A stretch of 64,000 nt of DNA from an uncultured Clostridia bacterium (GCA_944393575.1 CALYAP010000014.1:2819-66818); one strand, 5' to 3'; counted from the stretch's first letter, positions 49,169-60,087 are shown. The notes: generated from the letters alone by a model not told the origin. Made by a program: numbers and translations.

Positions 49169-49265
49169 TCATAAAGTTTTTCTTTTCCTGTCACAAAGCC
49201 TGTGCTATAATGATAAAGCTATTAGCAGCAATTTTTATAATCATAATTGAGGAAGGATGATATTC

Positions 49266-50420
49266 TTGAAAAAAACATTAGTTGTAATGTTATTTGTGGT
49301 GATGTGCCTCTTTGCTGCCTGTGACAGTGATTCTTCTGATAAAGGTGCTGTTATTGGTAGCGTCAATGGCGTTGATGTCTATCAGAGTGAATATGATTAT
49401 TTCTTTAGCAATATCTTTTTAAGTAATTATTCTAACGTTTATTATTCTTATATGGGGATTGACTTCAATGATGAAGAAAGCGCCAGTGATACTATAGCGA
49501 TGTTTGAAAGCACTGCTTGGCAGTATACGGTTAATTTCTCTCTTATTGAACAATTAGCTAATGAATATGGGATAACTTACGAAGATAATTACATGAAAGA
49601 TCTTCTCCCTTGGGGATATTATCGTGCGATTCAGATCAGTGATCTCCAAACCCAGTTGATAGAAAAAGTAAGGGAGGAAATGCTTGCCGAGATCGAAGTT
49701 TCTGAGGAAGATATCCAGGCCGCCTATAATGAGGATCCTGCTCTGTGGGATGGGCGCTCCACTTCTCATATTCTAATCCAGTGTGATGTTAACGATGAAG
49801 CAGCGCTTGCTGAAGCAAGAGCTGAAGCTGAAGATATTATCGCTCAGCTCAATGACGGTGCTGACTTTGCCGAGCTGGCGCAAGAATATTCGGATGATGG
49901 CTCTGCTAGCAATGGTGGCGTCATCGATGCTTATATCAATGTTTATGGCGATGAGGTCGGGACTGAAAACAGCTACTATACTGAATATGTAGACGCTGCT
50001 TATGCTCTTGCCAATATTGGTGATTATACTTTAGAACCAGTATTGAGTAGTGCTGGCTACCATATAATCAAACTTGACGATATTCGTAGCGGCTATGATG
50101 CGGTAAAAGATATCGTTGCCGATAGTCTGAAAACAGTCAGTGATGATGATGTTTATACTAGGTTGGATGAGATGCTAGCCGAGGCATATGACGCAGCTGA
50201 TATCCAGATTAATTATGATTTTAAATACTATGATCCTGATGCTGAGGAAGATGCTAGTGGTGATGATGCAACCAATGGTGACGACGCTACCAATAGTGAC
50301 GATACCACTGATACCACTGATGATGCTGCCAATGATACCTCAGGAAGTGATGATGCTGCTGGACAGAACGATAATGCCAACTCTGATGACCTAGAGAATC
50401 CAGCCAATACTACTGAATAG
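49266..50420 (+). CDS. parvulin-type peptidyl-prolyl isomerase lipoprotein (PrsA-like) with an Asp/Thr/Asn-rich C-terminal tail
   Basis: TTG start giving the MKKTLVVMLFVVMCLFAAC lipobox; PpiC domain (HILIQ...GGVI); the tail DDATNGDDATNSDDTTDTTDD is low-complexity. Confidence 0.8.
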   Translation: MKKTLVVMLFVVMCLFAACDSDSSDKGAVIGSVNGVDVYQSEYDYFFSNIFLSNYSNVYYSYMGIDFNDEESASDTIAMFESTAWQYTVNFSLIEQLANEYGITYEDNYMKDLLPWGYYRAIQISDLQTQLIEKVREEMLAEIEVSEEDIQAAYNEDPALWDGRSTSHILIQCDVNDEAALAEARAEAEDIIAQLNDGADFAELAQEYSDDGSASNGGVIDAYINVYGDEVGTENSYYTEYVDAAYALANIGDYTLEPVLSSAGYHIIKLDDIRSGYDAVKDIVADSLKTVSDDDVYTRLDEMLAEAYDAADIQINYDFKYYDPDAEEDASGDDATNGDDATNSDDTTDTTDDAANDTSGSDDAAGQNDNANSDDLENPANTTE

Positions 50421-50446
50421 TAGATAAAATAGCTTAATTTATCTAA

Positions 50447-50486
50447 AAGCCGTTAAACTAATAGTTTTCGTTTAACGGCTTTTTAT
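50447..50486. terminator. bidirectional terminator between the prsA-like gene and spoIID
   Basis: aagccgttaaac / gtttaacggctt stem plus T-run. Confidence 0.75.
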
Positions 50487-50504
50487 ATTAATGTGTGGTA
50501 TATT

Positions 50505-51449
50505 CTAAGTCTCATCTTTATGAATGATGGTTCCGGGGTAGTACTGTTGGAGTATTTCCCGGTAATCATATCCCCTTTTGGCCATGCCATCTGCTCCATA
50601 TTGGCACATACCCACCCCATGGCCATAGCCGATAGTGGTAAAAACAATATTATCACCAATAATAAGCCAGTTAAAAGCAGCAGAGTTAAGTGATAGCTTG
50701 GTTCGTAATTCTGTTCCTTTATACAAAGTGCCATCAATAGATAGGGTATTAATTCTATCTCCAGGGGTATATGCTTCAACCTGCATACTATATAATTTAT
50801 CAATATCGGTTGCCAATAAAGAGGCTGCTTCAGCTAGGGTAAAACGCTGATAACTACTGAATTTGGGCGAATGTCCACAATAATCACAGTCTACTGCCAC
50901 TAAGTAGGGAAGAGCCTGGCCCCAACAGGCCTCTGCGTTTTCTGTTCTTCCCCCACAGGTAGAGCAAAATGGCGTCTCTGCGATAGTATCTTGCCAAAAT
51001 AAAATTTCTCCTCTGGTGGCAAGCACCGCATCAGCTATTTTGGCATAATATTTATCATAGTTTTCGCCCCACCTCACCCGTAATTCCAGTTCATCTACAT
51101 AAGCCTGACAGTGGGTAGAATCACAGCACACCGCAGCTTCGCCATGTCTGGGTTGGCCGTAAGGCTCACAATGGGAAAGGATATAAGTTCTGGCTGCTAT
51201 GGCCTGTGCTTTTAATGCTTCATCTTCGAAAGAAGCAGGCATTTCTGCCGCTACTACACCCATGACGAAGCGTTCCAACTCTATCTTTTCATTTTCACCA
51301 TCTTTATTGACAATAGTGATATAAGTTTCTGGGGGCAGTTCTTCTTGCTGATCTTGTTCTCCTATTTTAACTGCTATCAAGATCAGAACTGTTATTGTCA
51401 TTAACACCAAGATGGCGCGTTTGATATCTAAGCGAAAACGAAAACGCAT
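50505..51449 (-). CDS. spoIID: stage II sporulation protein D (lytic transglycosylase)
   Basis: SpoIID/LytB domain (SFEDEALKAQAIAARTY...FCSTCGGRTENA...YGHGVGMCQYGA). Confidence 0.9.
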   Translation of the reverse strand: MRFRFRLDIKRAILVLMTITVLILIAVKIGEQDQQEELPPETYITIVNKDGENEKIELERFVMGVVAAEMPASFEDEALKAQAIAARTYILSHCEPYGQPRHGEAAVCCDSTHCQAYVDELELRVRWGENYDKYYAKIADAVLATRGEILFWQDTIAETPFCSTCGGRTENAEACWGQALPYLVAVDCDYCGHSPKFSSYQRFTLAEAASLLATDIDKLYSMQVEAYTPGDRINTLSIDGTLYKGTELRTKLSLNSAAFNWLIIGDNIVFTTIGYGHGVGMCQYGADGMAKRGYDYREILQQYYPGTIIHKDET

Positions 51450-51610
51450 ATTTCCACCCCCTGTCCGATACTATGCTAATAGAGAAAAAAAGATGCGTTA
51501 CTCTTCAGTCTGAATCAGCTTGCTTAAGAGGTTGCAGGATAAATTCTTTCAACCTTGAATATATATTCTGTTATAGGTTAATAGAAAAATAAGCCAAAGG
51601 GAGAATTGAA

Positions 51611-52864
51611 TTGAAAAAAATTCTGATCGAAGGAGGAAATCGCCTTTTCGGTGAGGTGCATATCAGTGGTGCTAAAAACTCAGTTTTGCCGCTGATAGCT
51701 GCTACCTTATTGACTGATGGTGTTTCCATAATAGATGATTGCCCTTATCTATCGGATGTGCGGACGATGTGCCTGGTTTTGGAACATCTTGGCGCTAAGA
51801 CCCATTTTGATAATGGCGAGCTTATTCTTGATACCTCTAACTTAGACGCAGTAGAGCCACCTGGAGAATTGGTGCGTAAAATGCGTGCTAGCTTCCTTAT
51901 TATGGGACCATTGCTAGCCAGAACTGGTAAGGCGCAGATGAGTTTGCCGGGCGGTTGTGCGATTGGTGCGCGGCCGATAGATTTGCACCTTAAGGGATTT
52001 GAAGCACTAGGTGCAGAAATAAATATCGGCCATGGGTTTATCGAAACCCATGCCGATAAATTAAAAGGTGCCCGTATTTATCTAGACTTTCCTTCAGTAG
52101 GTGCCACAGAAAATATTATGATGGCTGCCTCTTTGGCGGAAGGCACCACTATTATCGATAATGCTGCTCATGAACCAGAGATCATTGATTTGGCTAATAT
52201 GCTGGGGGTAATGGGTGCTAATATTAAGGGTGCAGGTACCAATACTATCCGTATTGAGGGTGTTAGCTCCTTGAAACCAGCCCGTCATACTGTCATCCCA
52301 GACCGCATCGAGGCTGGCAGTTTTCTCTGTATGGCTGCTGCTACTGGAGGAGAATTAATTCTTAACAATGTCCTGCCAGAGCATTTGCAGCCTTTGACTG
52401 CTAAACTATCTGAGATCGGCGCCACTATTGAGACTGGTTTTGATAGTATTCATATTTTAGGTCCGGAAGAGATTTCTCCTGTAGATATCAAAACGCTTCC
52501 TTACCCTGGATTTCCCACTGATATGCAAGCCCAGATGATGGCTTTGCTTACTGTATGTAAAGGGACCTCTATCGTTACAGAAACTGTTTTTGAAAATCGC
52601 TTTATGCATGCTGCTGAACTGCGTAAGATGGGTGCAGATATCCGAATCAAAGGGAGTAGTTCCGTGATCAATGGCGTCAGCCATTTAGAGGCAGCTTCAG
52701 TCGAATCCACTGATCTAAGGGCGGGGGCGGCTATGGTTATTGCTGCTCAAATGGCAAAAGGCATTTCCGAGATCAGCGGCCTGCATCATATCGAACGTGG
52801 TTATGAAGGATTTGTTGAAAAGTTAGAAAAAATAGGTACTCGTATTTGGATTGCCGATATATAA
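51611..52864 (+). CDS. murA: UDP-N-acetylglucosamine 1-carboxyvinyltransferase
   Basis: TTG start giving MKKILIEGG; catalytic Cys loop LPGGCAIGARPID; adjacent to spoIID as in Bacillus. Confidence 0.95.
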   Translation: MKKILIEGGNRLFGEVHISGAKNSVLPLIAATLLTDGVSIIDDCPYLSDVRTMCLVLEHLGAKTHFDNGELILDTSNLDAVEPPGELVRKMRASFLIMGPLLARTGKAQMSLPGGCAIGARPIDLHLKGFEALGAEINIGHGFIETHADKLKGARIYLDFPSVGATENIMMAASLAEGTTIIDNAAHEPEIIDLANMLGVMGANIKGAGTNTIRIEGVSSLKPARHTVIPDRIEAGSFLCMAAATGGELILNNVLPEHLQPLTAKLSEIGATIETGFDSIHILGPEEISPVDIKTLPYPGFPTDMQAQMMALLTVCKGTSIVTETVFENRFMHAAELRKMGADIRIKGSSSVINGVSHLEAASVESTDLRAGAAMVIAAQMAKGISEISGLHHIERGYEGFVEKLEKIGTRIWIADI

Positions 52865-52903
52865 TAAGCATCAATGAATTATTTTTATCATCTTATTCAT
52901 AAT

Positions 52904-53944
52904 TTAGACAATGGCTTTGAGCTCACGTAAAACGATCTCAGGCCAATAGTCGCTTTTCATTGCCGCTTTAGCGGCAAAGATTTTTTTAGCCGGCCGATAT
53001 GGCCTCGGTAATAGCATTGCCGAGAAGGCACTTGCTGCCCCTAGTACCGATGCGTCTAGTGGGATATCTTCCGCGGACAGGCCGTCTGGATAGCCGCTGC
53101 CATCTAAATTTTCATGATGCCAACGGACAATATTAACCGTGCTTTGCGGCAGAAAAAGGCTTTCACATAGCTGAGCGGCTAAAATGGGATGCCGCTGGAT
53201 GCGTTTGTATTCAGAAAGCGTCAGCGGACCTGGTTTATGAAGAGCTGCCCCAGCACTTTCTGCCATAGCAATATCAGCTAAGGCTGCGGCTATTCGCAAT
53301 TCGTCTTGTTGCGCGGCAGAGAATCCTAATCTCCGCCCTATTTCTAAGGCATAAGATGCAGTCATTTGGCTATGGCGCCGCAGGTAAGGATCCCCTGAGG
53401 CCATATAGCGGCTGGCTAGATGGATATAAGCATTAAGTGTTGGTACATCTGGCAAAGGCGGGGCAGATAACATCAATTCTGCAAAGATTCCTCCTTCAGC
53501 ATGGCGCAGTTGTTCCTCTGCGGCTGCCGGCAGTCGGGTATGTTCCACTGGTGGCGAGCAAGCTGCCCCATAGCAAAAATCCAGAGCCATGCCCTGATAA
53601 TCAAAAATAGCTGGAATTGATGTTGCGGCTGCGGCTTCACGAATTTCTTCCGCCAATGATTCTGCTTGCCATAGTGGAGTAGACGAGAGTAAGATGGCAA
53701 AAATAGAATCGCTCCACCTAGCGCACATCGCTGATCTAGGGGCAGTATTGCTAATAATATCAGCCGTTATTTTAAGCAAATGGTCTGCTGCCAGAGGGGT
53801 GAGCCGCCCTTGCCATAATTCAAAATCGCGCAGCTTGAGCAGTAGCAGAGTTAGCGGTTTGGCTGGACGTGCTTCAGCCGCTAGTTCTGGTAGAGCAATA
53901 TGTAATTGATGTCTGGACATTAGTCCTGTAAGTAGATCTGTCAT
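52904..53944 (-). CDS. degenerate-GGDEF + HD-GYP domain protein (putative c-di-GMP phosphodiesterase or sensor)
   Basis: Begins DLLTGLMSRHQL (GGDEF start) but lacks the GG(D/E)EF motif; C-terminal HD...HHENLDGSGYP; noticeably GC-richer than its neighbours. Confidence 0.75.
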   Translation of the reverse strand: MTDLLTGLMSRHQLHIALPELAAEARPAKPLTLLLLKLRDFELWQGRLTPLAADHLLKITADIISNTAPRSAMCARWSDSIFAILLSSTPLWQAESLAEEIREAAAATSIPAIFDYQGMALDFCYGAACSPPVEHTRLPAAAEEQLRHAEGGIFAELMLSAPPLPDVPTLNAYIHLASRYMASGDPYLRRHSQMTASYALEIGRRLGFSAAQQDELRIAAALADIAMAESAGAALHKPGPLTLSEYKRIQRHPILAAQLCESLFLPQSTVNIVRWHHENLDGSGYPDGLSAEDIPLDASVLGAASAFSAMLLPRPYRPAKKIFAAKAAMKSDYWPEIVLRELKAIV

Positions 53945-54240
53945 GCGGAAATATTCATTTTTGTGTTCAAGATAACCTGCCCTTTTGCTGAATTTTTTAA
54001 CGACAAATTCCGCCTTTTATAACTAATTTATCCCAGTAGCTAAAAAAACTATAATTATTTCTATGGGTATGATAAAATTTAGAGGTATTTAGGATTAATG
54101 ATGAGGCTTGGTTATAGTGGATACTTTCATGCACTATAGCCAAAAAAGATTTAAGAAAAAAATTCTTGCTAATTAATATCTTTTTATGCAAGTTTTTACT
54201 GATAAAGATTGTAATTATTATGAATCGTGGAGGTTGCAAA

Positions 54241-54797
54241 TGCAACATCTTAGCGATGAACAATTAGTAGTGCTGGTTTTGCAGGGGCAAAGCGAAGCAT
54301 TCGCCATATTGGTTGAACGTTACCAAAAGCAAATTTTTGCTTTAGCTTATCGTCTGGGCGGTGATTATGACGAAGCCCGAGATATGGCGCAGGAGGCGTT
54401 TGTCCGTATATATCAGGAATTATCCCGCTTTGATTCTTCGCGGCGGTTTTTCCCCTGGATGTATCGAGTGGCTCATAATACTTGTGTTAATATCTTGCAT
54501 AAACGGCCTAAAGAAACAACTCCTTTGGAAGCTGTTTATGATTTGGCTGCTAGTGATACTTCCGATGAAGGAAGTCCGGTAGCGCGTTATGAGCAATTGG
54601 AATTAGGCGATGCGATCAATGGTGCCCTGCAATCACTACCAGAGAAATACCGCTTTCCTTTGATTTTGAAATATTTGGAAGGCATGAGTTATCAGGAGAT
54701 AGCAGAGCAGCTTGATCTTCCGGTTTCGACGATTGAAACACGCCTTTTCCGCGGTAGAGCAATGCTGAAAAAGGCATTGAAAGAGTATCAAAAGTAA
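54241..54797 (+). CDS. ECF RNA polymerase sigma factor
   Basis: MQHLSDEQLVVLVLQGQSEAF region 2; region 4 HTH; RBS GGAGG 6 nt upstream; the track start at 54186 is too long. Confidence 0.85.
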
Positions 54798-54837
54798 CAA
54801 TATGCGCGGTATTATCAATTGGTTTTGAGGATCGATA

Positions 54838-56067
54838 ATGATGAATTGCCAAGATATCGAAATCTTAATACAAAAAGCTATTGATAATAACCTGTCCGAA
54901 GCGGGACAGGAAGTTTTGCATGCGCATTTATCCACTTGCCCGGCTTGTGCTCAGCTTTATCAGGAATATGTAGAGTTGGATCAGATGTTGAAAACTACTT
55001 TGCCGGATGTGGTAGTTCCTGAGGATTTGAGCAAAACAGTGATGTCCGCGGTAAATGATCTGAAAGTTGTTCCATTGAAAACTGCTTCACCTAAACGGAA
55101 AACTTTCAGGAGAGTCTCATTGGTTGTAAGCGCTGCTGCTTTATTTTTGGCAGTAAGCTTTAGTGGTTTATTTGAATCACCTGATTCTCCTGATGATCCA
55201 GGTCTGCCTATTGCTGAGATCACTCCTGATGATATAGACACTAATATTCCTGATGTGAATAATCCTTCTGAAGATCTTGATGATGCCAACCAACAAGATC
55301 CAGAACAGACTGACGCTAATAATCCACAGGCAGATCCTGATTCCGATTCTGATGCACAAACGAATCCAGAGAATAATGATTCTATTCCTCCTGCCAATAA
55401 TGGGTTAACTACTCACAGCGATACTTCTCAGACTTATGGTGGGGGAATATCATTGCCCCAAGTAGCCTATGGCGGCACTAACCATGGAAGCTATTCATTA
55501 TATACATTGGCTTCTCATGAAGATTATGACGCGATTTTGCCTAGGGTAAAAGATAATATTGTGACCTATTATCTTAATGCTGATGGTTATTATTTAGAGT
55601 GGCAAACTGATCTTAACCGTGGTAGTGAACCGGTTTTTGTTGGTGAAATTGAAAGCTTACCTGCAGAAAATACTATTGCTGGTTTTGCTGATCGTAGTAG
55701 TGAATATGGCTATAATTATGTTGTAGCTAATGCTAATGATGGTATGCGGCAAGCTATTAACTGTGGTGGTGAGGACGCTGGTCTATGGATGTTAGATTTG
55801 ACAAATGCCAATGCTACGCCAGTTTTAGTTGATAGTAATAATGGCGGCGGCAAAATAGTCAGTTGGGCTCCAGACAGCAATAAGGTTTTGTATACTAGCG
55901 CTAATGGTTCGCTGCATGTTTATTATCCCAATGAAAACGTGATTCTTGATATTTATAGTGGGCAAACTTCTTATGTTTGTTGGGCTAGTGATTCCAAAAA
56001 TATTGTTTTCTCCGCTATGGATGATACGACTGGCCATCTAAGTATTTTTGGTGTTATTGTTCCATAA
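54838..56067 (+). CDS. zinc-finger (ZAS, HxxxCxxC) anti-sigma factor with TM, acidic linker and C-terminal TolB-like beta-propeller
   Basis: HAHLSTCPAC; TM at ~95-115; D/N/P-rich linker; WAPDSNKVLYTS / CWASDSKNIVFS propeller blades. Confidence 0.75.
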   Translation: MMNCQDIEILIQKAIDNNLSEAGQEVLHAHLSTCPACAQLYQEYVELDQMLKTTLPDVVVPEDLSKTVMSAVNDLKVVPLKTASPKRKTFRRVSLVVSAAALFLAVSFSGLFESPDSPDDPGLPIAEITPDDIDTNIPDVNNPSEDLDDANQQDPEQTDANNPQADPDSDSDAQTNPENNDSIPPANNGLTTHSDTSQTYGGGISLPQVAYGGTNHGSYSLYTLASHEDYDAILPRVKDNIVTYYLNADGYYLEWQTDLNRGSEPVFVGEIESLPAENTIAGFADRSSEYGYNYVVANANDGMRQAINCGGEDAGLWMLDLTNANATPVLVDSNNGGGKIVSWAPDSNKVLYTSANGSLHVYYPNENVILDIYSGQTSYVCWASDSKNIVFSAMDDTTGHLSIFGVIVP

Positions 56068-56104
56068 TAAAGTCTTGCTGTATAATGTTAATTAGGTTAA
56101 ACTA

Positions 56105-56145
56105 AATACTAACGGCTTCAGCCGTTAGTATTTTTGTTTTTCTTT
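56105..56145 (+). terminator. rho-independent terminator
   Basis: aatactaacggc-ttca-gccgttagtatt-TTTTGTTTTT. Confidence 0.85.
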
Positions 56146-56226
56146 TATGCTAGTAGGAGTAAATACTTAATTAATAGTCATAATATTCTTCTTAACCGAG
56201 ATGATTTTTAGAAAGGTAGGGTATAT

Positions 56227-56757
56227 ATGGGTAATCTTTGGCATGATATGTTGCCTAGTCGGATCAAACCAGAAGATTTTATTGCGGTAATTGAAATATC
56301 TAAGGGTAGTAAAACTAAATATGAATTGGATAAAGAGACTGGTGCTTTGATTTTGGATCGCATTTTGTATACCTCAACTCATTATCCGGCTAATTATGGT
56401 CTTATCCCCCGTACTTATGCTGATGATAATGATCCATTAGATGTTTTGGTGCTTTGCAGCGAACCATTAGCTCCATTGGCATTAGTTAGGTGCTATCCTA
56501 TTGGGGTTATTGCAATGATTGATAATGGGCATATGGATCAAAAAATTATTGCTATTCCTTATGAGGATCCTAATTATAATGTTTATCATGATATCACTGA
56601 TCTTCCAGCGCATATTTTTGAAGAAATGCGCCACTTCTTTCAAATTTATAAATCACTGGAAAATAAAGAAACTGCTGTGAATGAAGTAGAGAGTAGGGAA
56701 GCTGCTATAGACATAATCAACGAATGCATTGCTAAGTACCAGGAAAAGTTTTGTTAA
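56227..56757 (+). CDS. ppa: inorganic pyrophosphatase (family I)
   Basis: IEISKGSKTKYELDKETG, DPLDVLV motifs. Confidence 0.93.
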   Translation: MGNLWHDMLPSRIKPEDFIAVIEISKGSKTKYELDKETGALILDRILYTSTHYPANYGLIPRTYADDNDPLDVLVLCSEPLAPLALVRCYPIGVIAMIDNGHMDQKIIAIPYEDPNYNVYHDITDLPAHIFEEMRHFFQIYKSLENKETAVNEVESREAAIDIINECIAKYQEKFC

Positions 56758-56869
56758 TAGATACTTGTACCTGTAGTTAAGTTTTGTCTGGAAAAACGCT
56801 TGATAATTGCTTTTATGCCTAAAATGTGCTAAACTAGGAATAATTATTATCATTTAAGGAGGCGTTAGG

Positions 56870-58720
56870 ATGCACTGTGTAAAAAAGATCAGAGACGATG
56901 TCTTTTGGGTGGGGAGCAGTGATCGTCGTTTAGCTCTTTTTGAAAATGTTTTCCCAGTCCCTCGTGGCGTTTCTTATAATTCATATTTAGTGATTGATGA
57001 GAAAACGGTTCTTTTGGATACGGTAGATAGAGCTGTTAGCAATCAATTTTTTGAAAATCTGGAATATTTATTAGCAGATAAAACACTTGATTATTTGATC
57101 GTCAACCATATGGAGCCAGACCACTGCGCCTCAATGAGCGAGCTGCTTTTACGCTATCCGGGTGTTACTGTAGTTGCTAATCAAAAAACGATCAATATGA
57201 TTAAACAGTTTTTTGATTTCGATATTGATGCCAGGGTAATGGTAGTTAAGGAGGGTGATGTTTTAGATACAGGTAAGCATAAATTCACCTTCGTGATGGC
57301 CCCAATGGTACATTGGCCAGAGGTAATGGTTACCTACGATAGTTTTGATAAAACGCTTTACTCAGCAGATGCTTTTGGTACTTTTGGCGCGATTAATGGT
57401 AATATTTTTGCTGATGAAGTGAATTTTGAGAGCGAATGGCTACCTGATGCCAGGCGTTATTATACCAATATCGTTGGTAAATATGGTACGCAGGTACAGG
57501 CCCTTTTGAAAAAAGCTGCGGGAATAGATATTGGTATGATTTGTCCTCTGCACGGTCCAGTATGGCGGACAAATCTAAATTGGTATATTGATAAATATCA
57601 TACTTGGAGCACTTATACTCCTGAAGAAAAAGCAGTTTTGATCGTTTATGCATCTGTATATGGAGATACCGAGAATGCTGCTAATATCCTGGCTTCACGT
57701 TTAGCTGATGCTGGTGTAAGAAATATCGCGATGTATGACGTATCAGTCACTCATCCGTCAGAGATTGTATCGGAAGCGTTTAGATGCAGCCATATCGTTT
57801 TTGCCTCTACAACCTATAACGCTGGCATCTTCTGCAATATGGAGACGGTCCTTTTAGACCTTAAGGCTCATAATTTGCAAAACCGTACAGTAGCCTTTAT
57901 TGAGAATGGCTCTTGGGCTCCTACTGCCGGCGAATTGATGCGCGAGATTGTCTCTGGAATGAAGGATATGACAATCCTTGATCCATCACTTACCATAAGA
58001 TCTTCGTTGAAAAAGAATCAACTGGATGATCTAGACCGTTTGGTAGAAGCTATTACCGGAACTCTATTTACTACTGCCAATATCATTCTTAATGATAAAA
58101 AAATTGAACAAGACGCTATGTTCAAGCTGTCGTATGGCTTATTCGTCTTGACTTCGCGTGATGAAAAAGATAATGGTTGTATTATCAACACCGTGATGCA
58201 GATTACTGATTCACCAAAACGGATCTCTATTGCAGTCAATAAGGCCAATTATACTCACGATATGATCGCCAAAACTGGTCTTTTCAATCTATCGGTATTA
58301 ACTGAGGAGGCTCCATTTAAGCTCTTCCAGCATTTTGGCTTCCAAAGTGGGCGGACTGTTGATAAATTTCTTCCTGGCGGAGACTATACCTTTGATGAGA
58401 GGAGCGATAACGGACTGCTTTATTTGCCGCAAGCAGCCAACTCCTTCATCTCCGGTAAAGTTATCAGTGCCGCTGACTATGGAACGCATACTTTGTTTAC
58501 TGCTGATGTTACTGAGGCTAGAGTGTTATCTAATGTACCTTCGGCAACTTATGCATATTACTTCTCGCATATTAAACCGAAACCGCAGCCAGTTGAAAAG
58601 AATAAGAAAGGCTGGGTATGTAAGATTTGCGGTTATGTTTATGAGGGTGAAGTGCTTCCCCCAGACTTTATCTGCCCGTTATGTAAACATGGCGCGGAAG
58701 ACTTTGAGCCACTATCATAA
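56870..58720 (+). CDS. multi-domain flavodiiron protein: metallo-beta-lactamase diiron core + flavodoxin + flavin-reductase-like + C-terminal rubredoxin
   Basis: HxExDH (NHMEPDHC), flavodoxin-like VLIVYASVYGDTEN, rubredoxin CKICGY...CPLCKHG. Confidence 0.85.
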   Translation: MHCVKKIRDDVFWVGSSDRRLALFENVFPVPRGVSYNSYLVIDEKTVLLDTVDRAVSNQFFENLEYLLADKTLDYLIVNHMEPDHCASMSELLLRYPGVTVVANQKTINMIKQFFDFDIDARVMVVKEGDVLDTGKHKFTFVMAPMVHWPEVMVTYDSFDKTLYSADAFGTFGAINGNIFADEVNFESEWLPDARRYYTNIVGKYGTQVQALLKKAAGIDIGMICPLHGPVWRTNLNWYIDKYHTWSTYTPEEKAVLIVYASVYGDTENAANILASRLADAGVRNIAMYDVSVTHPSEIVSEAFRCSHIVFASTTYNAGIFCNMETVLLDLKAHNLQNRTVAFIENGSWAPTAGELMREIVSGMKDMTILDPSLTIRSSLKKNQLDDLDRLVEAITGTLFTTANIILNDKKIEQDAMFKLSYGLFVLTSRDEKDNGCIINTVMQITDSPKRISIAVNKANYTHDMIAKTGLFNLSVLTEEAPFKLFQHFGFQSGRTVDKFLPGGDYTFDERSDNGLLYLPQAANSFISGKVISAADYGTHTLFTADVTEARVLSNVPSATYAYYFSHIKPKPQPVEKNKKGWVCKICGYVYEGEVLPPDFICPLCKHGAEDFEPLS

Positions 58721-58742
58721 TTTTTAGCTAATAATTGCCTTG

Positions 58743-58797
58743 ACGGGCACCTGCTGGCGCTATGCCCGGAGGTGCCCGTTAATTTTATCTCTTTTTG
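58743..58797 (+). terminator. rho-independent terminator after the flavodiiron gene
   Basis: acgggcacct...aggtgcccgt stem plus T-rich tail. Confidence 0.65.
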
Positions 58798-58938
58798 AGC
58801 AGAGGATTTTATATCCTTAAGCAGAAATAGCTATTTATACTTGAGTTTGTATAAAAATGGCATGATCGTATTTATGATGTTTTGCAGGGCAAGTAGTAAT
58901 ATCTATAAAGATACTCTTTATTTATTGGAGGTAATCTC

Positions 58939-59994
58939 ATGCGTGAAATGTTTAGCCTGATCAAACAAAATATTGAAACTGGCAATGATGTAATTTTAGT
59001 AAGTATTATTGGTGATTTTGGCTCTGCCCCCAGAGGAGCCGGTGCTCATATGCTGGTTAATCATTCCGGCCGTATTTATGGCACCATTGGCGGTGGCGCT
59101 GTTGAGTATCAGTCAGAGAAATTGGCTGCCGAAGCACTACAAGAAGGACGTTCTTTAATTAAAGCCTTTAGCCTGGATCAGAACCAGGTTGAAGATATCG
59201 GTATGATTTGTGGCGGCAATGTTTTAGTGATTTTTCAATATATTAGTGCTAACGACGATCAAGGTGTCGAAGAGATTTGTGATGAAGCCCTTGCCATGTT
59301 GGATAAAAATGAAGATGCCTGGATGGTTTGTGAACTTTTGGATGATGATAGCTGGAAAATGGGGCTCTATAGCGAGTCCGCTGGTTTGATAGGTATTGAT
59401 GCCGATGTTGATGGCATAAGAGAGCATCTGCGCACTAATTCTGTGCGTTTTAACTTCCGTGATAAAAAATATTATAGTGAGCCGATCCATCAAGGAGGCA
59501 GGGTATTGGTTTTTGGCGGTGGACACGTTGCTCAGGAATTAGTGCCAGTTTTGGCTCATGTAGGGTTTAGCTGTGTGGTCATCGATGACCGGCCGGAATT
59601 CACTAGACCTGAGCTTTTTCCTGGAGCTAAAGATGTTATTATGCAGGGGTTTGAGGATATAGATTCTTATTTGCATATTAACAGAAGAGATTATATTGTT
59701 ATCATGACTCGCGGACATGCTCATGATTATACAGTACTGCGTCAATCTTTGCTGGTAGATACCACTTATGTTGGGTGCATTGGCAGTCGTGCTAAAATCA
59801 GCGGCACTACCCAGCGTTTGCTTAATGATGGCATTCCGCAAGAAAAGATCGATCACATTCACTGGCCGATCGGTCTGGCTATTAAAGCGGAAACACCGGC
59901 GGAAATCGCTATTAGCATTGCCGGGGAGTTGATTATGGTGCGGGCAGAGCTGGCCGGACAGAAGCCACAATGGAACCATGCATGGCTAGGTTAA
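58939..59994 (+). CDS. XdhC/CoxI-family molybdenum-cofactor insertion accessory protein (orphan)
   Basis: XdhC_CoxI N-domain plus Rossmann-like XdhC_C (VLVFGGGHVAQEL). Confidence 0.75.
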   Translation: MREMFSLIKQNIETGNDVILVSIIGDFGSAPRGAGAHMLVNHSGRIYGTIGGGAVEYQSEKLAAEALQEGRSLIKAFSLDQNQVEDIGMICGGNVLVIFQYISANDDQGVEEICDEALAMLDKNEDAWMVCELLDDDSWKMGLYSESAGLIGIDADVDGIREHLRTNSVRFNFRDKKYYSEPIHQGGRVLVFGGGHVAQELVPVLAHVGFSCVVIDDRPEFTRPELFPGAKDVIMQGFEDIDSYLHINRRDYIVIMTRGHAHDYTVLRQSLLVDTTYVGCIGSRAKISGTTQRLLNDGIPQEKIDHIHWPIGLAIKAETPAEIAISIAGELIMVRAELAGQKPQWNHAWLG

Positions 59995-60087
59995 ATTTAG
60001 ATAAATTATTTTAGTAATTTACTTGACTAATGCGATAAAGTATTGCATAATACTGTCATCAAGTTAGGCGGAGGTTATTGCGTAAAT

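Noticed and set aside
49783-50394. 69-aa and 68-aa ORFs inside the prsA-like gene
   Set aside because: Alternative-frame readings of the low-complexity D/T-rich coding region; no RBS.
54361-54582. 73-aa ORF inside the ECF sigma gene
   Set aside because: Out-of-frame overlap with a well-supported sigma-factor CDS.
58939-59994. XdhC as evidence of a xanthine dehydrogenase locus
   Set aside because: No XdhA/B/CoxLMS genes adjacent within the window; treated as an orphan accessory-protein gene.
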